Shown: piece by piece, positions 57,396 through 64,000 of the stretch
Numbering within the stretch: position 1 is the stretch's first letter
Layout: every line of letters begins with the position of its first letter
Assembly (NCBI GenBank): GCA_963977015.1
Contig: CAXBMO010000003.1
Location: forward strand, 1 to 64,000
Length of the DNA stretch: 64,000 bases
Reading direction: 5' to 3'
Source of the DNA: an uncultured bacterium
GTDB taxonomy: Bacteria > Verrucomicrobiota > Verrucomicrobiia > Verrucomicrobiales > DEV007
Notes under the pieces: model-generated
What the model was told of the DNA's origin: nothing
Databases searched by the model: none
The model's input: only the letters and a program-made list of their open reading frames with translations
Position numbers and translations under genes: made by a program

Positions 57396-60300
57396 TCAGG
57401 CACCGCGTCCGCAGCACTGCTTAAACTTCTTGCCGCTTCCACAAGGACAGGCCTCGTTTCGGCCAACTTTGGGTTGTTCACGACGGACTGGTAAACTGAT
57501 TTTTGGTCCCTCGGGCTCTGAGCCGCCCCCGGAAGTCATCACCTGACCAGCACTTGCGGCTTTACTTGGCTGCTGCTGATCACCGAAGAGGTCTGCAAGT
57601 TCAGCCTTCAGGTTGCTGGCAGGCTGGGTTGGAACTCGAATGGTTCGGAAGGCAAAGAGGTTGCCGAGAGCTTCGAACTTGATGTTATCCATCAAGTCAA
57701 CAAAGAGGTTGTAGCCCTCCTTTTTGTATTCCACGAGTGGATCCTTCTGGCCTTGTGCCCGCCATCCGATCGCCTCGCGGAGACCGTCCATGGCGTAGAG
57801 GTGATCTCTCCAAAGGTTATCGATGGCCGAAAGAATGATGAAACGCTCAAGCTCATCAGCATGCTCAGGGTCCTCGTGAGACATCTTCCGGTCATAGGCC
57901 TCGCGAATACGCTCGATGATGAACATCTCCACGCCCTCGTCTGACTTGCTTTCGAAATCGGCGTCTTTCTCGCTGATCATGAGCGGGAAGGTGGAATTGA
58001 GCCAATGAAGAAGACCGGCTGTGTCGCGCTCCGGGCCGTCCGCTTCGAGATGCAGAAACTCGCTGACCTTCGCGGGAACGCATTCCTCAATCAACTCCAT
58101 GATGAGTGCTCTAGGATCCTCTGTCTGGAGAACCTCATTGCGGTAGCCGTAAATGACTTCCCGCTGTTGGTTCATCACATCGTCATACTGAAGAACCCAT
58201 TTGCGGCGAATGTAGTTTCGTTCCTCGACCTTCTTCTGTGCCATCTCGATGGTTTTCGTCAATAGGCCGCCTTCCAATTCCTGACCTTCTTCCAGCCCCA
58301 TCCGGTCCATCAACTTGGTCATCCGTTCAGATGCTCCATACTGACGCATCAGATCATCTTCAAAACTGACGAAGAAGATCGACTGTCCAGGGTCGCCCTG
58401 ACGTCCGGAACGACCTCGCAGCTGGCGGTCAATTCTTCGCGAAGGGTGGCGTTCGGTTCCGATCACGCGCAAGCCGCCAAGATCGGTAACGCCTTCGCCC
58501 AGTTTGATATCAGTTCCTCGACCCGCCATGTTCGTGGCAACCGTGACGGACCCTTTCTTACCGGCGCTTTGCACGATTTCGGCTTCCTGACGGTGATGTT
58601 TCGCGTTCAGGACGCTGTGAGGGATTTTGTCACGTTTCAGCATCTTGGAGAGAACCTCCGATGAACGCTCGCTCGCGGTTCCGAGTAGCAATGGTTGCCC
58701 CTTGTCGTGGGTCTCCTTCACCATATCCACGACCGCCGCCAGTTTTTCGCGTTGCGTCTTGTAAACGCGATCGTTGAGGTCTTCGCGGGCGATGGGTTTG
58801 TTCGTCGGCATGACCATCACGTCACACTTGTAAATATCCTGAAACTCAGCAGCTTCGGTCTCGGCCGTTCCCGTCATTCCAGCCATCTTTTCATACATCC
58901 GGAAGTAGTTCTGGATCGTGATGGTCGCCAGAGTCTGGGTTTCCTGGTCGATCTTGACGCCTTCCTTGGCCTCGACGGCTTGATGCAGTCCATCGCTCCA
59001 CCGGCGTCCCGGCATGGGGCGCCCGGTATTTTCGTCCAGAATCACAACTTTGTTGTCCGTCACCATGTAGTGGACGTCTTTCTCGAACAGGCAATAGGCC
59101 TTCAGAAGTTGACTGATCGAGTGCATTCTCTGAGCCTGGGAGTCCGCTTGCTCTTGGATCTCTTGCTTCTTTTTCTCGCGGTCGGCATCACTGAGAGAGG
59201 TGTCACCATCCATCTCGCTAAAAACCGTGGCGATGTCGTGAAGGACGAAGGCGTCTGGGTCGTCTGGATTGAGAAACTCGCGGCCTTTCTCGGTCAAATC
59301 GGCATCGTTCTGCTTCTCGTCGATGTTGAAGAACAACTCTTCTTTGAGGGCGAAAAGTTGGGCTTTTTGGGTGTCCTGATAGAACGAAAGTTCGGCCTTG
59401 TCGGTCGCGCGCCTCACTTCCGGGTCTTCCAGCATCCGCATGAGTTGGCGATGCCGGGGTTGCCCCAGTTTGACCCGGAAAAGGTTCATGCCAACTTCCT
59501 CCAAATCGCCTTCATCGAGCGCCTTTTTCGCGTCATTGGCGAATTTATTGCAAAGGGCGATCTGTTTTTTGACCAGTTGGTTAACGATGCCTTTGAACCG
59601 GTCAAACTGATGCGTTGAAGAGGCGACCGGACCGCTGATAATCAGTGGAGTGCGGGCTTCGTCAATCAGAATGGAGTCAACCTCATCAATCAACGCATAA
59701 TAGTGGCTTCGCTGGACTTGGTTTTCGACCGTTGTCGCCATTCCGTTGTCGCGAAGGTAGTCAAACCCAAACTCACTCGCCGTCCCATAGGTGATATCCG
59801 TTTGGTACTGCTCGCGCCTGACCGAGGGATCCTGATTGTTCTGAATGCAACCAACAGACAGGCCGAGCCAACGGAAAAGTTCCCCCATCCATTCACTATC
59901 CCGTCTCGCCAGATAGTCGTTCACGGTCACGACGTGGACACCCAGGCCGGTGAGAGCATTCAGATATACCGGGATGGTCGCGACAAGGGTTTTTCCCTCA
60001 CCCGTTGCCATCTCGGTGATGATTCCGCGGTGAAGGGCAATTCCACCGATCAACTGGACATCGAAGTGAACCATTTCCCAAGTGATCGGCAAATCGCAGA
60101 CATCCCAGGTTTTGCCGCACATCCGTCGCGACGCGTTTTTGACGACCGCGAAGGCTTCGGGAAGAATTTCGTCCAAATACTCGGCCCGTTTGTCGGGGAA
60201 CTCTTCGCGCAGTTCATCATAAAGTTTTTGGGAGTCGAGGATGGCTTCGATTTGAGACTCCTTGTTCCCGCTTTCTCCCTCAGTCTCCATTCGTCCGGCT

Positions 60301-60602
60301 AGATCGGCCGCTTTCGGAAACTCCTTGCTGAGCCCTCCCAACCGCTTCTGCCAGGACTTGATCAAATCGAGCCGCACCTCCTCCTCCATCGCCTCAATGT
60401 TGCGAGTCGCGAAGTATTCGACATCCTCTTCGTAGCGGGAGAGGTGTGCTTTCCATGCTGCCGTTTTCTCCTTGAGAACTTCTTCGGGTTCTTCCTGGAG
60501 TCGTTCTTCGATCGTGTTGATCTCCTGAACAATTGGCCACATCTGGCGCAATCGGCGCTGATTTTGATTACCGACGATTTTTTTGAAAACCCACTGGAGC
60601 AT
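57396..60602 (-). CDS. secA: Preprotein translocase subunit SecA (full length)
   Basis: All SecA motifs plus QKDPLVEYKKEG and C-terminal SEC-C KVGRNEACPCGSGKKFKQCCG. Confidence 0.98.
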   Translation of the reverse strand: MLQWVFKKIVGNQNQRRLRQMWPIVQEINTIEERLQEEPEEVLKEKTAAWKAHLSRYEEDVEYFATRNIEAMEEEVRLDLIKSWQKRLGGLSKEFPKAADLAGRMETEGESGNKESQIEAILDSQKLYDELREEFPDKRAEYLDEILPEAFAVVKNASRRMCGKTWDVCDLPITWEMVHFDVQLIGGIALHRGIITEMATGEGKTLVATIPVYLNALTGLGVHVVTVNDYLARRDSEWMGELFRWLGLSVGCIQNNQDPSVRREQYQTDITYGTASEFGFDYLRDNGMATTVENQVQRSHYYALIDEVDSILIDEARTPLIISGPVASSTHQFDRFKGIVNQLVKKQIALCNKFANDAKKALDEGDLEEVGMNLFRVKLGQPRHRQLMRMLEDPEVRRATDKAELSFYQDTQKAQLFALKEELFFNIDEKQNDADLTEKGREFLNPDDPDAFVLHDIATVFSEMDGDTSLSDADREKKKQEIQEQADSQAQRMHSISQLLKAYCLFEKDVHYMVTDNKVVILDENTGRPMPGRRWSDGLHQAVEAKEGVKIDQETQTLATITIQNYFRMYEKMAGMTGTAETEAAEFQDIYKCDVMVMPTNKPIAREDLNDRVYKTQREKLAAVVDMVKETHDKGQPLLLGTASERSSEVLSKMLKRDKIPHSVLNAKHHRQEAEIVQSAGKKGSVTVATNMAGRGTDIKLGEGVTDLGGLRVIGTERHPSRRIDRQLRGRSGRQGDPGQSIFFVSFEDDLMRQYGASERMTKLMDRMGLEEGQELEGGLLTKTIEMAQKKVEERNYIRRKWVLQYDDVMNQQREVIYGYRNEVLQTEDPRALIMELIEECVPAKVSEFLHLEADGPERDTAGLLHWLNSTFPLMISEKDADFESKSDEGVEMFIIERIREAYDRKMSHEDPEHADELERFIILSAIDNLWRDHLYAMDGLREAIGWRAQGQKDPLVEYKKEGYNLFVDLMDNIKFEALGNLFAFRTIRVPTQPASNLKAELADLFGDQQQPSKAASAGQVMTSGGGSEPEGPKISLPVRREQPKVGRNEACPCGSGKKFKQCCGRGA

Positions 60603-60716
60603 GACGGAACTGAAATAATTTAAGGGTCGCTGGCCTTAGGCAAACGACAAGAGGGGCACAATGATGCCCAGAGGCATCGGTGACGCAAGAAGAGGAGCGA
60701 TGAAAACGATCAAATG

Positions 60717-61502
60717 CTAGGCTACAGCCGCGATGGGCGCATGCCGATGGATGAATTCGTCGCAAAACGCCGAGTATCCTTTCGCTCCAGGTGAACTTGG
60801 AGCGTATTCAGAAATCGCCATTTGGTGACTGGGTGCTTCGCTCAACTTCACGTTCCGCGGAATCACCGTCTCGTAACACATTTCGGCGAGTCGACCTCGA
60901 ACCTGATTGATCACGTCCTCCGTCAATTTGGTTCGGCTGTCGGCCATGGTCATGACGACGCCTTCAATGTAGAGCCCGGGATTGGCGCCGGACTGCTTCA
61001 ATTCGTCGATCAACTCAATCATTTTGGCGAGACCTTCAATCGCGAAGTATTCACACTGTACCGGGATGAGGATTTCATCGACGGCGGCAAGGGCGCTGGT
61101 CATGTTGATTCCAAGGGACGGAGGGCAGTCGACCAGCATAAAATCGAAAGGCGCGACTGAGCGGTAGTTATGGAGAATGGTGCGGAGACGAACCAAATGG
61201 TCATCAGTTCGAGCCAGTTCCACTTCCACTCCGGCGAGGTCCATGCTGGACGGAATCAAGGAAAGATTCGGATAACGGGTAGGCTGTGGAAGATCCTGAA
61301 TGTCACAGCGACCAACCAGTGGATCGTAAATGCTTGGAAAATCGCCGGGTTCGAATCCGAAATTACTGGTCGCGTTAGCCTGTGGATCAATATCCAGAAC
61401 GCAGACGCGGTTGCCCGCTTTTGCCAGGTAAGCGCCCAAGTTCACGGACGTTGTGGTTTTTCCTACTCCTCCTTTTTGATTGGAAAGGGCAATAATTCTC
61501 AT
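60717..61502 (-). CDS. parA: ParA/Soj-family ATPase
   Basis: NQKGGVGKTTT, DIDPQANAT, DCPPSLG, PVQCEYFA.EGL, IPRNVKLSEAPS. ATG 61502 chosen. Confidence 0.93.
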   Translation of the reverse strand: MRIIALSNQKGGVGKTTTSVNLGAYLAKAGNRVCVLDIDPQANATSNFGFEPGDFPSIYDPLVGRCDIQDLPQPTRYPNLSLIPSSMDLAGVEVELARTDDHLVRLRTILHNYRSVAPFDFMLVDCPPSLGINMTSALAAVDEILIPVQCEYFAIEGLAKMIELIDELKQSGANPGLYIEGVVMTMADSRTKLTEDVINQVRGRLAEMCYETVIPRNVKLSEAPSHQMAISEYAPSSPGAKGYSAFCDEFIHRHAPIAAVA

Positions 61503-61638
61503 TTTATCGACTCTTGAGGGATTTAATCCTAACATAGTCTCTAAAACAGAAATTATAACGAATCTAGCGATTTTTTGGAAATGTTAAAGAAAATCGCAAT
61601 TGGACGAAGTGGCGCCCCTCAGTTAGGGCTAGTGCTCT

Positions 61639-64000
61639 ATGGAACTGACTGAGAAATGGCTCAACAACGCCGCGGGATGGCAGGTTCTCAAGGAGGCGCG
61701 TGGTTTGTGGAAAGGTGGCGCCGTGATGGATGCGACCTACGAAGGGAAGTTGATGAAGGGAGTTGTGATGCGCGGCGGAAAACGCCAGGTCGCCGGATTT
61801 GTCATCAACAGCCGAACTGACCTGGACAATCTCTGTAAGTGCCCGACCGCAAGGCGTTACGGTCAGGTCTGCGCCCACTCCGTTGCCATTGCCCTGCAAA
61901 TCATCAACGGAGATGCGAATCCTGCGCCGAAAGCAAGCCAGGCATCCAAGGCGCCTTCTTCTCCGAAACCGGATAACGTCGCGAAACCGCGGGGAATCGG
62001 CGTGTTGCCGATTTTCAACAAGCGACTTGTCGAGATGTGGGGAAAGGGGCGGATCCCTTTAAAAATGGAACAAGGAGACGTGGAGCCGCCGGGTGTTTGG
62101 AGCTGGCTTGAAGCGGTTGGAGTGTCAACGCTGCCAGTGCATGCAGTTCTCAATCCAGCTCAGGCCAGCGAGTTTTTGGCCATTATGGAGGGGGCACCTG
62201 CAAAATTGGGCGAGGAAGATCTCACCGTAAGCGCGACGAGTGCCGCGCGTTTGAGGGTCGATCTTCGGCAAGTTGAAGACGATTTCGAACTCAGTCCGTT
62301 GCCGTGGATCAGCGAAGATCAGGTCCGCCTTGATGACTGGGTGTTTCTGGCCAATTCGACCACCATTCAGCCTCTCCGAAAACCACCAAGAGGGAGTGAA
62401 AAGTCCTATGCTGCGTTGCTCGAGGGAAGAACCGTTAGGCTAAGTGCGGGGGAATTGCTCGCAAACGTGGACGGATGGCACGATTGCCTCGAGTTCCGCA
62501 CCAAAGTTGGACGGGGGTTGGTCGTTCGGCCGGGTAATCCGACCTTCAAAATCAAGCTGGAGGGTTCCATGAATGCCCTGGCGGCGGTCGTGACAGTTCA
62601 CTACGGCGATCTGGAGTTTCGGTTGGGCAAAAGCCCGGAAGGTGCCGCGTTTCCGTATCGCGATGAAGACGGGGCATTTGTGGTTCGAAACGGCTTGGCG
62701 GAGCATCGGGCGTCCCTATTTCTGTCGGACGAGATGGAGTTTTCGAGTCCCGATAAGGGTGGCCAGTTTCAGATGCGTGGTGAGGCCAATATTTCGCGGT
62801 TTTATGCGACCGGTATCCCGAAGTTCGGAAGCCAATGGGAAGTCGAATTCGGAGAACGGTTTCAACACGTCACGAGAAACCTGGAAGTCATCCGCCCGCA
62901 GTTGGTTCAGCATGGAATCGACAATCAATGGCTGAGTTTCGCGATCGATTACAGTAGCGCAAGCGGTGCCGAGATTCCGCGGGAGGAGATTCAGCGATTG
63001 CTCAACAAGGGACAGAATCGGGTCCAGTTGGCGAATGGAAGAACTGCTGTGATCGACCTGGATGCCTGTGCCGAAGCGGCTGAGGTGATTTACGATGTTC
63101 ACGCGAATCAGGAGGGAGGGCAGTTTCGGGTTAAGGCGAACCAATCCGGTTATTTGGCCGCTGCGTTAGGGGCGAGTGATCTGGCGGACGCCGCAAAAGT
63201 GAACCTGAAGGAGCTGGGCGATTTGGAGCCCGTTTTGCGCGACTATCAAAAAGAAGGCGTGGAATGGATCATCCAGCGATTCAAGGGTGGAGCCAAGGCC
63301 TGTTTGCTCGCGGATGAAATGGGGCTTGGTAAAACGCTTCAGAGCCTGGCCGCGATTCAGTTGATCAAGGCCTCGGAGGAAGGTCAAATCCTGATCGTGT
63401 GTCCGACGTCGCTGCTCTCCAACTGGCAGATGGAGGCAGCGAAATTCGTTCCGAACCTGACCACCGAAATTCTTCACGGTCCGAAGCGTTGGAGCAATTC
63501 CAAGAAGATCGACAACGCGGATGTGCTGATCACCAGTTACGCACTTCTCGTTCGTGATACCGAAAAATACGCGGAACGCTCCTTTCTCCTCGCGGTTCTT
63601 GATGAAGCCAGTGCGATTAAGAATCCCGATACGAAAAATGCAAAAGCCTGCAGAAGTCTCGAAACGGCTCACCGGATCGCGTTGACCGGAACACCGGTCG
63701 AGAACACGGTTCGGGAACTGTGGTCGATCTTCCATTTCCTGGTTCCCGGATATTTGGGCAGTCGCGATGAGTTCAGGGAACGCTACGAGGCTCCCATTTC
63801 GGGCGGAGCTGCTGCAAGGCCGGTTTTGGAAAGGCTGCGTCATCGGATCAAGCCCCTGACCTTGCGTCGTTTGAAGCAAACGGTCGCGAAGGATCTTCCG
63901 CCCAAAATTGAGCAGGTCAGATTCTGCCAACTCGGTCCGGCCCAAGCTCAACTTTATGAGGCAATTCTCCGGGAAAGCCGTAAGAAGATTGACGATGCCC
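61639..64000 (+). CDS. SWIM zinc-finger SNF2-family helicase (3' end beyond the window)
   Basis: Read directly from the sequence: MELTEKWL..., SWIM LCKC...VCAH, then in the same frame LRDYQKEG, LADEMGLGKT, LDEA, LTGTPVEN, LRRLK. Absent from the ORF track, consistent with having no stop in the window. Confidence 0.92.
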   Translation, partial: MELTEKWLNNAAGWQVLKEARGLWKGGAVMDATYEGKLMKGVVMRGGKRQVAGFVINSRTDLDNLCKCPTARRYGQVCAHSVAIALQIINGDANPAPKASQASKAPSSPKPDNVAKPRGIGVLPIFNKRLVEMWGKGRIPLKMEQGDVEPPGVWSWLEAVGVSTLPVHAVLNPAQASEFLAIMEGAPAKLGEEDLTVSATSAARLRVDLRQVEDDFELSPLPWISEDQVRLDDWVFLANSTTIQPLRKPPRGSEKSYAALLEGRTVRLSAGELLANVDGWHDCLEFRTKVGRGLVVRPGNPTFKIKLEGSMNALAAVVTVHYGDLEFRLGKSPEGAAFPYRDEDGAFVVRNGLAEHRASLFLSDEMEFSSPDKGGQFQMRGEANISRFYATGIPKFGSQWEVEFGERFQHVTRNLEVIRPQLVQHGIDNQWLSFAIDYSSASGAEIPREEIQRLLNKGQNRVQLANGRTAVIDLDACAEAAEVIYDVHANQEGGQFRVKANQSGYLAAALGASDLADAAKVNLKELGDLEPVLRDYQKEGVEWIIQRFKGGAKACLLADEMGLGKTLQSLAAIQLIKASEEGQILIVCPTSLLSNWQMEAAKFVPNLTTEILHGPKRWSNSKKIDNADVLITSYALLVRDTEKYAERSFLLAVLDEASAIKNPDTKNAKACRSLETAHRIALTGTPVENTVRELWSIFHFLVPGYLGSRDEFRERYEAPISGGAAARPVLERLRHRIKPLTLRRLKQTVAKDLPPKIEQVRFCQLGPAQAQLYEAILRESRKKIDDA

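Noticed and set aside
60663-60678. Hairpin GATGCC-CAGA-GGCATC between parA and secA
   Set aside because: Short stem with no clear U-tract; function cannot be supported.
61564-63951. Several minus-strand ORFs suggesting a separate gene region
   Set aside because: They are shadows of the plus-strand SWIM-SNF2 gene.
1-64000. CRISPR arrays, IS elements, prophage genes, rRNA
   Set aside because: No regularly spaced repeats, transposase, integrase or phage motifs, or rRNA-like stretches seen by eye; nearly all sequence is explained by CDSs.

Overview
A gene-dense, moderately GC-rich bacterial chromosomal segment. The gene content (DUF1501 protein, two SecA paralogues, ExbBD plus TPR protein, hprK/ptsH/ptsI joined to lptCAB) points to the PVC superphylum, most likely Verrucomicrobiota; this is inference from content only. 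About 57 CDSs and one tRNA-Leu(CAA) are supportable. Housekeeping blocks: kdsA-lptC-lptA-lptB-hpf-hprK-ptsH-ptsI, hrpA, obgE, hisC-mnmE, mrp, parA-secA-nfeD-floA, and a SWIM-SNF2 helicase that runs off the right end and is missing from the ORF track. I saw no CRISPR array, integrase, transposase or prophage. The best candidates for poorly described systems are: (1) a gamma-glutamylamine-cyclotransferase / atypical ATP-grasp ligase / M20 amidohydrolase cassette directly behind tRNA-Leu; (2) a minimal kinase fused to a PP2C phosphatase; (3) a C-terminally truncated second SecA translationally coupled to a HlyD-type adaptor; (4) an apparent pseudokinase with a repeat-rich upstream region; (5) an ECF-like sigma factor flanked by a 74-aa protein and a divergent exported Cys4 protein; (6) a cytochrome c / copper monooxygenase-like / EF-hand protein coupled to a redoxin. 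All calls come from motif recognition by eye; no database searches were run.
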